Source: a virus (lineage: Duplodnaviria > Caudoviricetes). Taken from it: DNA of 64,000 nt. Location: the IMG/VR virus record IMGVR_UViG_3300021255_004000, positions 160,001 through 224,000 of that record; one strand, given 5' to 3'. Position 1 is the stretch's first letter. Each line of letters starts with the position of its first letter. This document shows, piece after piece, positions 32,087 through 42,263 of the stretch. The position numbers and the translations under genes were made by a program. Below the pieces are notes generated by a model. It saw only the letters and a program-made list of their open reading frames with translations. It was not told where the DNA came from and did not search any database.

Positions 32087-35017
32087 TTACAAATTAGTTG
32101 TTTGCCCAACGTTCTCGAACTGAAGTTCAACATATTCTGAGAAAGGAGTTACCTTTACTTTAACATAGATTACGAACTTACGAGCAGCTTTTGTAATGTC
32201 TGTGTTTACACCAGCAATATCACAAATTGCTTTTGTCCAAATCTTGTTTGAACCTGTTGTTCTCTTTGCAAGAATTGCTTCAACCTGAGTCTGACGAACT
32301 CCCATCCAATAATCATCAATTGGTTTCTTGATCTGCTGACGCATTACATTGTCGCGAATATCACGCTTACAAAGCAAGAACGCCATCACGTGCTCAAGGA
32401 AAGACCAATCTGTAAGATTGTTAGGATCCTGTGTTGTCTTTGATGATGTTACCATCAAGCCGTCATCAGCATTATAAACGATTGGGTTGATACCCTTTTC
32501 ATCCATAATCTTTGTTGCTGTGTCAGAGAAGTTCCAACGAGCTTTAAGAACAGCACGAGGCAACTGACCGCCCATATCATTGTAGTTGTACCAAGCTGGA
32601 GGCCAACCACCCATCTTGAAGTCGTAAATACGAGCACACATCAAACCAACATCACCAATAGGTTTCATCCAGAATGACTTACCTGTGTAAGCGTCATAGT
32701 ACTGGAACTCACCAGCGAACTGTGCTGTCTGTTTAGAGCGGCCTGTAACTGTGATTTTGCTTGGGTTTGTAAACTCAGCTTTTGTGATGTTCTTTGGAGA
32801 AATTGCAATAGCAAGTTTGTGAGTCATAACCAAAGATGCGTGCTGTGTGTGAACAAACTCTTCACCAGTTGGGTCCATAAAGATGAATACATCGTCATAC
32901 TGAGAATCAAATGCTTCTGTCCAACCCTGCTTTACAACCATCTGGAACTCGTCACGCCAAGAACCACCTGTTGTGCCGTCTTTGATGTTCTGTTCAACTG
33001 CGTATGTTACATAACGCTGACCTTTGAGTTTGAGGTCAAATGTTGTAGGAACCAAAGTACCTGTCAAGTCGTATGTCAATTTGTCATCAACGATACGAGT
33101 ACCTGTGTAGATACCGTGTGAGTCAAGATCATCATCAAATGTTTTGTCTGGGTGGATTTCGATAAATGACATATCGTCGTCGTTCAAAACATTTGGCCAA
33201 TAAATATTTGCACCGTAAGAATCTTTACCCTTTTCATTGAAAGAACCAGTGAACTCACCACCGTTCATCATTTCACCAGGGTAAACTTCCTCAGTTACTT
33301 TGAAAGTCATTGTGTTGAAGTTGATGTCCTTCTTCAAAGGATAGTTTTCATCATCTTCTTTCTCAATCTGGAAGTTGCTTGCAGATACAACATACAAGAT
33401 TTCGTGGTCGATCTGAAGTGATGTTGTATTTGTAGGTGTGATTCCTATTGCTTTACCATCATTCATTGAAACAATGTAATCGCCGTAGATAAGCAATGAC
33501 TGTGTTTCATATGCTTCACCAACATCTGTACAAGTTTTTGCCAAAGTTGTCAAAGATTCTTCTGCATCAGCATTGTACTGATAAAGTTTGAGTTTCTTTG
33601 AAACAGCTTTTTCTTCCGGCATAATTGGTGTTGTGCCATCATATGATACTTCGCAGTACAAGAACAAGTTGTCATCGTTGTTGAAGTCAATTTCGTTGAG
33701 CAAGTCACGAGAAACTTCCTTGAGCTTAGGACCATAAATTACAGGAACAGCAACATCATATAACCACTTATCGTAACCGATAGAAGAAATAGAAACATTT
33801 GTTGTTACTTCAGCAGCAGATTTCTGAACAATGTAACCGTATGAGTAAGGTTTAACATTGAGCAACCAAGTAATTCCCTGATAGCGGTTTACTGGTGATG
33901 TATAAGATTCAGCTGTTGTGTAAGCTGTCTTGTTTCCTGTAGCAGCATCAGTTACAACAAACTCAACATTGAAGAACTTGCTTTCGTCAAAGTCAGCAGT
34001 TGATGTTTCTTCACCTTCTGTTGAAGTGTTTGTTACAGTAAGTTTGTTACCACTTTCGAGGTAAGCAACAACTTCACTCCACTTAGGAGCTTTGCTTCCG
34101 CCGTTTGCAACCAAGTTTTCAATGTTTGTGAACAAGTCAGTCAATGTCAAAAGTGGTGCATCTGTGTTTTCGTATGTGTTTGTTGAAGTAGCCTTGATAC
34201 CAAGGTTTTCAAGTTCTTCAAGAACTGCTGTCTGAGTTGTCAAGCTTGAGTTTGCCAAAATCCAAGAGTTACCGCCAATGATAACTGAGTAAGTACCGTC
34301 TGCAGCCTTTACCCAAACACCACAGTAATAATCTGTAACTGCTTCATCTTCTGAGTTTTCAACATACAACTTGTGGTCAGTTTTGTTTACAGAGTAGTAG
34401 TATGTACCTTCATTAAATCCTGAAGTTTCATCACCCCAGTAGTTGATACCAATTTCCTGAATTGAAGCCCACTGTTTTGCCTGAATACCTGTAATGTAAA
34501 GAGCGATGTTGTCTTTTGTACCGTCAATCTTTCCACCAACAGCATAACCACTTGAGCCGCCAACACCTTTAGGATTTACAATAACATTTACAGTTGTCTT
34601 TTTGTAACCCTGTGCATCCTCAAATCCAACCTGAACCATCTGTGTGTAGTCGATAACATCTTTACCTGTTACATTGTAGAAGTCGATAAGACCTTTTGAT
34701 GTAATGTAAGCGCCACCGAAGTAAGATGGGTACTTTTTAGATGAACCTGCAGGAGCAGAAACATACAAACCATATTCCTGATTGAAAGCTTCAGCTTCAT
34801 AAAGATCAGGCCAGTTTGCTGTTGGGACACCAATCATTGCGTAAATGGCTGTCATATTGCCCTTTTCGAAGTAGTATGGACTTGTTTCTCCTTTAGGAGC
34901 ACGAACTACCATATAACCTTTGATAGTTGAGCTCTCTGTTGATACAGAGAAAGAAGAGTCAATGTCAACGAAAAGCAAACGCCAAGAATTCTTTGAACCC
35001 ATTGAATATCTCCTCAT
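32087..35017 (-). CDS. Contractile tail sheath protein with a large central insertion
   Basis: C-terminal WPPAW..MGG, MDEKGINPI, KTTQ, FVIYVKVKVTPFSEYVELQF typical of sheath proteins; 976 aa. Confidence 0.8.
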   Translation of the reverse strand: MRRYSMGSKNSWRLLFVDIDSSFSVSTESSTIKGYMVVRAPKGETSPYYFEKGNMTAIYAMIGVPTANWPDLYEAEAFNQEYGLYVSAPAGSSKKYPSYFGGAYITSKGLIDFYNVTGKDVIDYTQMVQVGFEDAQGYKKTTVNVIVNPKGVGGSSGYAVGGKIDGTKDNIALYITGIQAKQWASIQEIGINYWGDETSGFNEGTYYYSVNKTDHKLYVENSEDEAVTDYYCGVWVKAADGTYSVIIGGNSWILANSSLTTQTAVLEELENLGIKATSTNTYENTDAPLLTLTDLFTNIENLVANGGSKAPKWSEVVAYLESGNKLTVTNTSTEGEETSTADFDESKFFNVEFVVTDAATGNKTAYTTAESYTSPVNRYQGITWLLNVKPYSYGYIVQKSAAEVTTNVSISSIGYDKWLYDVAVPVIYGPKLKEVSRDLLNEIDFNNDDNLFLYCEVSYDGTTPIMPEEKAVSKKLKLYQYNADAEESLTTLAKTCTDVGEAYETQSLLIYGDYIVSMNDGKAIGITPTNTTSLQIDHEILYVVSASNFQIEKEDDENYPLKKDINFNTMTFKVTEEVYPGEMMNGGEFTGSFNEKGKDSYGANIYWPNVLNDDDMSFIEIHPDKTFDDDLDSHGIYTGTRIVDDKLTYDLTGTLVPTTFDLKLKGQRYVTYAVEQNIKDGTTGGSWRDEFQMVVKQGWTEAFDSQYDDVFIFMDPTGEEFVHTQHASLVMTHKLAIAISPKNITKAEFTNPSKITVTGRSKQTAQFAGEFQYYDAYTGKSFWMKPIGDVGLMCARIYDFKMGGWPPAWYNYNDMGGQLPRAVLKARWNFSDTATKIMDEKGINPIVYNADDGLMVTSSKTTQDPNNLTDWSFLEHVMAFLLCKRDIRDNVMRQQIKKPIDDYWMGVRQTQVEAILAKRTTGSNKIWTKAICDIAGVNTDITKAARKFVIYVKVKVTPFSEYVELQFENVGQTTNL

Positions 35018-35048
35018 CTGAGTCCAAAGACTCAGCTTAATTTTTATA

Positions 35049-35110
35049 AATTAGTTTTGCACGCTGAAAAAGATTCAGATGAAAAAATCACAAAATTTTT
35101 TTAACTAATT
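35049..35110. promoter_or_regulatory. Back-to-back class III (ACTAATT, probably late) motifs for the sheath and holin-like genes
   Basis: ACTAATT at 35049-35055 (-) and 35104-35110 (+). Confidence 0.6.
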
Positions 35111-35129
35111 TTGATGGGGTTGTAAGTAT

Positions 35130-35426
35130 ATGATAAGCTTAAGAGAAATAGCAGACAACAAAAGTGATATCTCCTCAACAAGATGGGCGTTTGGCTTAAT
35201 TATAATGTTTGATATTATCATCATTACATTAAGTATTGCTGCATTTCTTGTTGCACACTTTATTGGTATGCCACTTGATGGATCATTCTTTGGATATGTT
35301 GCAACTCTTCTTGGCGTTGTAACAACTTTAGTAACGACAGGAAAGGCACTTCAGGGTTTTGAAACAAAACACGATGACAAGCAGAAAGATGAAAAGGTCG
35401 AACCTGAAGCAATAGAGGAGAAATAA
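35130..35426 (+). CDS. Two-TM membrane protein, holin-like
   Basis: SSTR motif, two hydrophobic helices, charged C-terminus. Confidence 0.5.
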   Translation: MISLREIADNKSDISSTRWAFGLIIMFDIIIITLSIAAFLVAHFIGMPLDGSFFGYVATLLGVVTTLVTTGKALQGFETKHDDKQKDEKVEPEAIEEK

Positions 35427-35429
35427 TTA

Positions 35430-35450
35430 AAGGCGGCAATTTGCCGCCTT
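35430..35450. terminator. Bidirectional terminator
   Basis: AAGGCGGCAA T TTGCCGCCTT between convergent genes. Confidence 0.75.
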
Positions 35451-35453
35451 ATT

Positions 35454-36506
35454 TTATTTATTCTTTTTCTTAAACATTTGATATTCGGACCACCAACGAT
35501 ACCATTCTTTGAACCGCTGTATAGGTGTTAATGGTCTCCAGCCACTTTGCATAATTTGATATAAGTCTTCACAAACAGGACAACGCTTTGCATTCTCAGG
35601 ATGTGACTGATGCCATCCAGGTGTTATTACTTTTTCAAAATATTTTGGGTTGTCGCTGCTTGCATAGTACTCATCATCAACAAGCCAATTGTGTTTTGAC
35701 TTACATCTCCACCAATGTCCTTGTTCCTGATTGCTTCGATTGACTTCTTCCCAAGTACCGCGTACAAAAGGCTTTTCCCACATTTCATCAAATGATTTGT
35801 AAGTGCCTTCAGGATAACCAAGTTGTTTAACTGCTGCTTCCCATTCTTCTTTGTTATAGAAAGTCAACATACTGTTTTCCCAATCTTCACAACTGGAATA
35901 GTCAATGCCTTTGTAAGAAAAGTGGCGCATTACTTCAGGATCATCTTCAAACTTTCGAACATAGCCAATGTCAGGATTGCTTACCCACGAATAGTTGCAG
36001 GCTTTGCATTTCCAATCGTACATTTCAAGTTCTGGGTCCCAAATTGCTTTTGATACCAACTTTCTTTTGTTGATATATTTCCAGAGTTTCTTTGCTTCAC
36101 GAGGATGCAAATACTTTTCACATTTGTAAAACTCAACTTCTTTATTGCTTTTCGGACCAACATAAGTACAAATTGGAATAACGCCGTGTGGTGTCATAAA
36201 TGACTCAAACTTTATTTCACGAGTTACATAGCCAAAAAGACATTTGATACTGTAATGCTGACCTTCAATGTAAGGAACTTTTTGATTAACAATAAGATGT
36301 CGATCTTCTCCATACCAAATAAGAACATCAATAGTGCCATCTCTTAAAAGGCCACACTGAACAATGACATCTTTTTCAGAAAACATTTTGACTTGATGAA
36401 TATGTTTGTTGCACCAAAAGTCAAAATGAAGCCATTCATTATCAACATAAAGTGATGGTTTATTCTTCATTGTTCTCTCCTGTAATTGACTTGTTATATT
36501 TTTCAA
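35454..36506 (-). CDS. Hypothetical Trp/Cys-rich protein
   Basis: 350 aa, CKAC and CPVC. Confidence 0.6.
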   Translation of the reverse strand: MKNITSQLQERTMKNKPSLYVDNEWLHFDFWCNKHIHQVKMFSEKDVIVQCGLLRDGTIDVLIWYGEDRHLIVNQKVPYIEGQHYSIKCLFGYVTREIKFESFMTPHGVIPICTYVGPKSNKEVEFYKCEKYLHPREAKKLWKYINKRKLVSKAIWDPELEMYDWKCKACNYSWVSNPDIGYVRKFEDDPEVMRHFSYKGIDYSSCEDWENSMLTFYNKEEWEAAVKQLGYPEGTYKSFDEMWEKPFVRGTWEEVNRSNQEQGHWWRCKSKHNWLVDDEYYASSDNPKYFEKVITPGWHQSHPENAKRCPVCEDLYQIMQSGWRPLTPIQRFKEWYRWWSEYQMFKKKNK

Positions 36507-36996
36507 TCCAAGGCTGCTTTACAATTTTAACACCCATCTTTTCAAGTACAGGATATGAAGAGTACAAGTCACTTTCCTGAATTACCCAACCTTCCTGCAT
36601 CCAATATGCAATAGTTTGAACAAAGTACTCACTTGCATAATGCTTAAGCAGCTGTTCAAATCTGTTCTTAAGATGTTGAGTGTACAACTTCCAAGGAAAT
36701 ACTGCAACCATTGAAACACCTAAGTAAGGCGCTCTAAAAATCTTATTCCATTCGTCAACACATACATTACGAAAACTTTCATAAAGATCGTGATGTTTCC
36801 AGAATGCTTCAGGAACATAGCCTATTTCACAAATGTAATCATAGGCCTCAAGAAGTTCACCATAGGTGTTCTCATTCAAACCAATCAAAACACCAGTGAT
36901 TCTTCTTCCTTCTTTTCGTGAGTTAACTAATACTGCATTAACGCGGTTGTGTAGCCCGCTTGGATTCTTATGTGCCATAACATGTGCGGGAATCAA
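36460..36996 (-). CDS. Hypothetical protein
   Basis: 178 aa. Confidence 0.55.
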   Translation of the reverse strand: MIPAHVMAHKNPSGLHNRVNAVLVNSRKEGRRITGVLIGLNENTYGELLEAYDYICEIGYVPEAFWKHHDLYESFRNVCVDEWNKIFRAPYLGVSMVAVFPWKLYTQHLKNRFEQLLKHYASEYFVQTIAYWMQEGWVIQESDLYSSYPVLEKMGVKIVKQPWIEKYNKSITGENNEE

Positions 36997-37024
36997 GTTC
37001 CCGCTCTATTCAAAAGCTTTGTGA

Positions 37025-37690
37025 TTACTTAGGCTGTTTCGGAATGGCCTCGCAATACTCCAAAGCATCAACTGGGGTTATTGCCATCTTTTGCAGTGCA
37101 GCGATACCCATCGCGTGACTTGATAAATCCCAATAATGGTTAAGTACACGGTCAACAAATACTCTGCAATCTTCATTTTCATCAAGGTTCTGTTTGTTTC
37201 TGTTCTGAAATCTTTCCAGCAAGTCAGGCACTTTGACGCAAAAGATTGACATATGATTATTGAAGTAAGCAGGGTTTGGGTTGAAGGTACCAAGAAGTCC
37301 GACTCTTTCTTTGTACGGTCCGAGGTCAATCCCTGTCTCCTCTTCAAACTCGCGAATGGCGGCGTTCTTTCTAACCTCTTTAAGAGCGTCGTCATAACCT
37401 TCAAGCGGAAGATCTTTCATTTCAGAGTCTTCCACTGTACCGCAAGGGAACTCAATAGTTTTTGCTTCTGCACCCCAGCGTGTCTGTTCAACAAAAACGC
37501 AAACAGGATTTTCTCTTGAACTTGCGTCTGCAGCTATCAACATACACCAGTCGTTACAATTCAAACCAACAGGCTTGAAGTTTGGAACATTGTCAAACTC
37601 CTTCTCTACAACGGTAAAGACGGGTGTTTTCATTTTTGTAGTTTCTTTAGTCTTTTTTAGCATTTTTCGCATTCTCCAAAATTGTACCAA
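37025..37690 (-). CDS. Nudix hydrolase, ADP-ribose pyrophosphatase-like
   Basis: VEQTR..IEFPCG..E, AAIREFEEETG (Nudix box with an insertion), PNPA, LDENE as in ADPRases. Confidence 0.8.
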   Translation of the reverse strand: MVQFWRMRKMLKKTKETTKMKTPVFTVVEKEFDNVPNFKPVGLNCNDWCMLIAADASSRENPVCVFVEQTRWGAEAKTIEFPCGTVEDSEMKDLPLEGYDDALKEVRKNAAIREFEEETGIDLGPYKERVGLLGTFNPNPAYFNNHMSIFCVKVPDLLERFQNRNKQNLDENEDCRVFVDRVLNHYWDLSSHAMGIAALQKMAITPVDALEYCEAIPKQPK

Positions 37691-38150
37691 GCAGTTTTAC
37701 ATCGTCAATCTTTTTGAGGTCTTTTCCAACATCCTCAGTTGCAAGTAAACGAGCGCTTTCATATTTCTTATTGTACTTATAAGCTTCTATGTAATCTTGA
37801 ACTGTTGGATATTCAAGAGCTTCATACTTTGTAATCATTTCTTGATTGTTTTTGATAAAGCTTTTTGCATCAAATACCATAGTTGCAAAAGCCAATGCAA
37901 ATATAAAACCAAACAAGCAAACAATGCATCTTATTGTGAAAAATGTCCAATACCAGAGATGCTGCCACCATTCATCTGCATAGCCCATTACTAATGCATC
38001 ACGCAACTTTCGAATGATTCCATCAGATTTTGTTTTATCTGACCAATAAACTCTTTCAAAAATGAAAGCAATCAAATGATGGATTCCAATCAACGCCAGA
38101 CCAGGGATAATCAGGAAACAAAAAACCCCGATAATCAAACTTGTATTCAT
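37647..38150 (-). CDS. Hypothetical membrane protein (2 TM)
   Basis: Two hydrophobic segments. Confidence 0.6.
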   Translation of the reverse strand: MNTSLIIGVFCFLIIPGLALIGIHHLIAFIFERVYWSDKTKSDGIIRKLRDALVMGYADEWWQHLWYWTFFTIRCIVCLFGFIFALAFATMVFDAKSFIKNNQEMITKYEALEYPTVQDYIEAYKYNKKYESARLLATEDVGKDLKKIDDVKLLGTILENAKNAKKD

Positions 38151-38161
38151 TTAGCCACCTC

Positions 38162-38719
38162 TTAAAGTTTGTTGTACCAGTCCGCGTCGTCCAAGTACAT
38201 TTCCATCAATTCAGATATTAACTTGTTGCGAACTTTTGAAGAACTTGCTTCCAAGAAATCTTTTCCAATGTACAATTCCTCGCAAGGAACAACTTTTACA
38301 AGGTCATCTTTGCTGTTTCCGCGCTGGACAACCATCAGAGTTGCCATAAGGAGAATGTCTTCATAGCGGAACCAAGTTGGAAAGTTTTTGTAGGAGTCTT
38401 CGCCGATGATAAGATATAATTCATCATTAGGATACTGTTCTTTGAAGTACTGAACTGTGTTGATTGTACGCCACTTGCTGTCTTTATCTTTTTCAAGGCT
38501 GTCAATTACAATGTTTCCAGGCGCATTTGAAATCATCTTTGTAATGATTGCAACCTTTTCATCGAAAGTAAACAACTTTCTTGAGTCAGGTCGATAGTAA
38601 TCACAAATCGTTGGTACGATGATTACCTTGTCAAGTTTCTTTGCAGCTTCAACTGCGATTTTCAAATGTCCCTGGTGGAACGGGTCAAATGTACCACCAA
38701 AAATTCCAATCTTTGCCAT
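38162..38719 (-). CDS. nadD: Nicotinate-nucleotide adenylyltransferase
   Basis: GIFGGTFDPFHQGH, LIIGEDS, FPTW, ASSSKVR. Confidence 0.9.
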   Translation of the reverse strand: MAKIGIFGGTFDPFHQGHLKIAVEAAKKLDKVIIVPTICDYYRPDSRKLFTFDEKVAIITKMISNAPGNIVIDSLEKDKDSKWRTINTVQYFKEQYPNDELYLIIGEDSYKNFPTWFRYEDILLMATLMVVQRGNSKDDLVKVVPCEELYIGKDFLEASSSKVRNKLISELMEMYLDDADWYNKL

Positions 38720-38932
38720 TTACTTTGCTCCTTTTGGATATCTGAACAACCAATCAGCACCGCCATCCATAAAGATTGACATTGTGTCGATTTCAAATCC
38801 TCGTTTCTTTATTTCGTTGTATTCTTCTTCAGTCAAACGACCACGGTAAGAACCGTAGGCAGGATAATGTTCAACTGCATAAACCAACGCTTTTGTCAAT
38901 TCATCTCGAAGTTTCATTATCCTGCCTCCGAC

Positions 38933-40240
38933 TTATTTCTCGTAAGTCATACGCCAGTCAATTTCCTTGTGCAGTCTTTCGATTGCTTCAGGATTGCGGC
39001 ACATATTCTTTCCAGGTGCATCAGAAAGTTTTGCAACATCCAAGCCGTTTACGATTGCAACCTTGCATACGATATTCAAAGCTTCAATTCCCTGAGGACC
39101 TGACCAATCAGTTCCGATACCGAATGCAACCTTTGCCTTGCCTTTGAAGTACTTATTGATTTCAGTTGCCTTCTGAAGATTGAGACCGTCACTGAACATC
39201 AGAGTTTTTGTAAGAGGGTCAATTCCCAAGCTCTTGTAATGGGCAATCATTTTGTCACCCCAAGCGTAAGGATCTCCAGAGTCGTGGCGTACACCGCTGA
39301 ACAAAGTTGCAAATGTTTTGCGGAAGTCCTTCAAGAAAACATCTGTTCCGATTGTGTCAGTTAAGGCGATACCGTTCATTGTTCCGTATTCTTTAACCCA
39401 AGCATCAAGTGCGAACCAGTTGCTGTAAGCAGGGTTGTGGTAGAGGTGTCCCTGGCCGACTGTCATAATGAACTCGTGAGCCATTGTACCAACGGCGGTA
39501 ACACCGTACTTCATTGCAAGATACATATTTGATGTACCGATGAAGCCCTGGATAGGTCCGATTGCATTGTGCTTTTTCTCTTCGACAAGGCGGCCAATCA
39601 ACCAATCCTGAAGTTCAAAAGAAACGCGGCGGCGGGCACCAAACTCTGAGAAGATGCCAGGTGCAAAAATGCCTTCGCGCATAAAGCGGAGCTTTTCTTC
39701 AGTCTTTTCTTTGAATTCTTTTGCAAGCTTTTCGTAATCATAGTGATTGCGGTAGTATGTTTCTGCGGCGATTTCGAGAACAGGAATTTCGTAATCTGAG
39801 ATTTTCCACTGAACACCTTTTGTGTGAATTGCGAGTCCTGAGATAGGATCATCACCGATTTCAAAGTCTTCAAAATGAGGCTTCCAATCGCGTTCAACTT
39901 CAATAAAGTTGTTGTGAATCCAAGGACGGGTTGCAGGATCTCCAAGGAAAGCGAGTTCCTCTTCTGTGTAACGAAGTGCGCAGTAAGCGCGGATCTGATT
40001 TGTAATTTCTTCACGGTCAGCAGCAGTGTACTTTTCGTGAGATGCAGCATCCCCGACATTGCGAGCCTTGAAGTCCCAAGTTGCGTGATCACCACTGAAC
40101 TGATGCAAGTAAGCCTGTTTCATTGACTTCTTGTACTGATCTGTATCAAGCGGTGACTTGACCATAGGCGGATATTTCAAATTAAACGCCTTCATAACAA
40201 CTGACTCATCGTCAGTCAACTTACCATTGATTTCCCACAT
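38933..40240 (-). CDS. pncB: Nicotinate phosphoribosyltransferase
   Basis: LDTDQYK, SEFGARRR, GTSN, GTMAHE, ALTDT, GVRHDSGDP, FSDGL, FGIGT, KLSD..GK. Confidence 0.92.
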   Translation of the reverse strand: MWEINGKLTDDESVVMKAFNLKYPPMVKSPLDTDQYKKSMKQAYLHQFSGDHATWDFKARNVGDAASHEKYTAADREEITNQIRAYCALRYTEEELAFLGDPATRPWIHNNFIEVERDWKPHFEDFEIGDDPISGLAIHTKGVQWKISDYEIPVLEIAAETYYRNHYDYEKLAKEFKEKTEEKLRFMREGIFAPGIFSEFGARRRVSFELQDWLIGRLVEEKKHNAIGPIQGFIGTSNMYLAMKYGVTAVGTMAHEFIMTVGQGHLYHNPAYSNWFALDAWVKEYGTMNGIALTDTIGTDVFLKDFRKTFATLFSGVRHDSGDPYAWGDKMIAHYKSLGIDPLTKTLMFSDGLNLQKATEINKYFKGKAKVAFGIGTDWSGPQGIEALNIVCKVAIVNGLDVAKLSDAPGKNMCRNPEAIERLHKEIDWRMTYEK

Positions 40241-40257
40241 ATAGGAATACCTCCAAA

Positions 40258-40742
40258 TTATTTGTATCTTGGTTCGTTCATTACGAACAACTGTTTTCTA
40301 AATTGATTTAAGACAACTTCTCTTGCTTCATCATTCAAGCCATAAAGCAATGAGCCTGCTTTTTTAGTGCACCAGTCATCAATAAAGTCTTCTTTTTCTT
40401 CAACGGAGTTTACAACATCGAGAAGTTCATCTCGATCTGAACCATTGTAATCTTCATCCCAATAGATGTAAAATTCCATTTTAGGCCTCCTTAGAAAATT
40501 CTTATTGTTTTTGACAAGTCAAAAGCCAAAACTTCATTTCGAACTGAGTATGATGAACCATCCTGAGTATCAGCTTCTACAGAATAGTTTCCATAGCCTG
40601 CCTCGATCATTTCATTCAAAAAGTCGCGCAATTCTGTTACAGTCAATTCAGACTTTTCAGAAACACCTGAAATGTTGTTTGCATATACTTTTTCATCACC
40701 TATTGTTTCATAAGTCCATTTTGATGTTTCTTTCTTCAACAT
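40258..40742 (-). other. Two small acidic hypothetical genes (40258-40479, 40491-40742)
   Basis: RBSs, directly downstream of class I promoter copy 6. Confidence 0.6.
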
Positions 40743-40766
40743 AATTTGCTCCTTTTGTTTAGGTTT

Positions 40767-40805
40767 TTACAAATATAATATAAAAGAAAACTTGCGGGAG
40801 TTCAA
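40767..40805 (-). promoter_or_regulatory. Class I promoter, copy 6 (upstream of the pncB-nadD-Nudix run)
   Basis: TTGAAC-N17-TATATT..TGTAA; its -35 overlaps the TGCGGGAGTT..AACTCCCGCA hairpin after nadE. Confidence 0.8.
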
Positions 40806-40827
40806 AAACTCCCGCATATTTTATGAA

Positions 40828-41574
40828 TTATTTTTCTGGGTCAAAAACATCGAAGACGACAAGTTTCTTTGCTGTGTTCGGGTGATTGTGCATTCTGTCA
40901 ATCATTTGCTTTGTTTCAAAATCTTTAGGCGGAATTCCATAACGGATGTACCTGTCAAGTGTATCATAAGAAAAGCCCAGGTTGTCTTCGTCGGTTTTGC
41001 CGCACATTCCATCAGAAGGAACTTTGTGAGTCCACTTCTCGCTGATGCCAAGGTAATCTCCCAAAGCGACAACTTCAGTTTTTGTCAACTTTGCAAGAGG
41101 AGAGAAGTCGCCAGTTGCATCGCCCCACTTTGTGCTGTAACCAACATAATCTTCAGAGAGGTTGCAAGTGTTTACAACGCGGCCATTAACCGCAGCAGCA
41201 ATTCCATACAATGTTGCCATACGAAGGCGGGCAGGAGTGTTTGTAGTAAAAACTTTACATTCATTCAAGTCTTTACCAATGTTGATTGCATCGAACAGAG
41301 CGTTATATGCAGTACCAATGTTTACTGTAATAGGCTCAACCCCAAACTCTTTACAAATGTCGATACTGTCCTGAATGTCTGCCTGTGTACCATTCGGCAT
41401 AAGAACAGGAACAACACGATCTTTACCAAGGTATTTGATACCAAGCTTCAAGCAAACTGTGGAATCTTTTCCACCACTTACACCGATAACCATCGGCGAA
41501 TCTTTTCCGTTTTTCTCAAACCAATCTTTGAACCACTTTTCAAGTTTAGGCTCAAAATCTTTAGGATCCAACAT
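40828..41574 (-). CDS. nadE: NH3-dependent NAD+ synthetase
   Basis: GVSGGKDS, NTPARLRM, NLSEDYVGYSTKWGD, KTEV, PSDG, DEDNLG. Confidence 0.92.
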   Translation of the reverse strand: MLDPKDFEPKLEKWFKDWFEKNGKDSPMVIGVSGGKDSTVCLKLGIKYLGKDRVVPVLMPNGTQADIQDSIDICKEFGVEPITVNIGTAYNALFDAINIGKDLNECKVFTTNTPARLRMATLYGIAAAVNGRVVNTCNLSEDYVGYSTKWGDATGDFSPLAKLTKTEVVALGDYLGISEKWTHKVPSDGMCGKTDEDNLGFSYDTLDRYIRYGIPPKDFETKQMIDRMHNHPNTAKKLVVFDVFDPEK

Positions 41575-41753
41575 TTAATGACCTCCAAATCCAATCGTAG
41601 GGATTACATCATAGCATCTTACAATATAACCATTTTTGCGAAGTTCAGCAGCAACTGCAATCATTGCGTCTTCGTTTTCTGTAATGCCTTGACATACAGT
41701 GTTGCCGTCTTTATCACGAGCGACAACTCTGTACTTTGTTACTGCAATACTCA

Positions 41754-42263
41754 TTAGCGAATGTTGCACTGGCAGCATTCCATAACTTTCAATGCAGCCT
41801 CGTGGCTCTCCTTTGTAAGTCCGGCGCAGCAGTCAGCAATAACTGTTACTTCAACGCCTTCGATTGCCTTAAGAGCAAGCGCATTACTGACAACGCAGAT
41901 GTCGGTACAAGTTCCGCAGATAACAACTTCATCGCCTTCTTTGACATATTCTGTCCAGTTGTCAAAACCGAAGTGAGTCTTGTCAATGAAGAGAGTGTTT
42001 TCATCAGTCTCTTCCATAAGTTCAGGAACAACCTGCCAGCCTTCAGTGTCTTTTACGCAGTGCTTTACAGGAAGATGCTTTCCTTCGCCTGTTTCCATAT
42101 AATTTTCACCGTGTGTATCACGAGTGAAAATGATGTTTGCTTTTTCAGCCTTTGCTGCCTGAACCTCTGCTTTAATGCGAGGAATGATTGCAACTGCATC
42201 TTTGTTTGCAAGAGCTCCTGTGCAGAAGTCATTCTGCATATCAACAACAACGAAATGTTTCAT
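41754..42263 (-). CDS. pncA: Nicotinamidase (isochorismatase family)
   Basis: VVDMQNDF, TRDTH, HC, DKTHFG, GTCTDICV. Confidence 0.85.
   Translation of the reverse strand: MKHFVVVDMQNDFCTGALANKDAVAIIPRIKAEVQAAKAEKANIIFTRDTHGENYMETGEGKHLPVKHCVKDTEGWQVVPELMEETDENTLFIDKTHFGFDNWTEYVKEGDEVVICGTCTDICVVSNALALKAIEGVEVTVIADCCAGLTKESHEAALKVMECCQCNIR

Noticed and set aside
38933-40240. Nampt/NadV (NARP2) or Namat (NARP1) assignment
   Set aside because: The motifs and the presence of PncA and NadE fit nicotinate PRTase (PncB)
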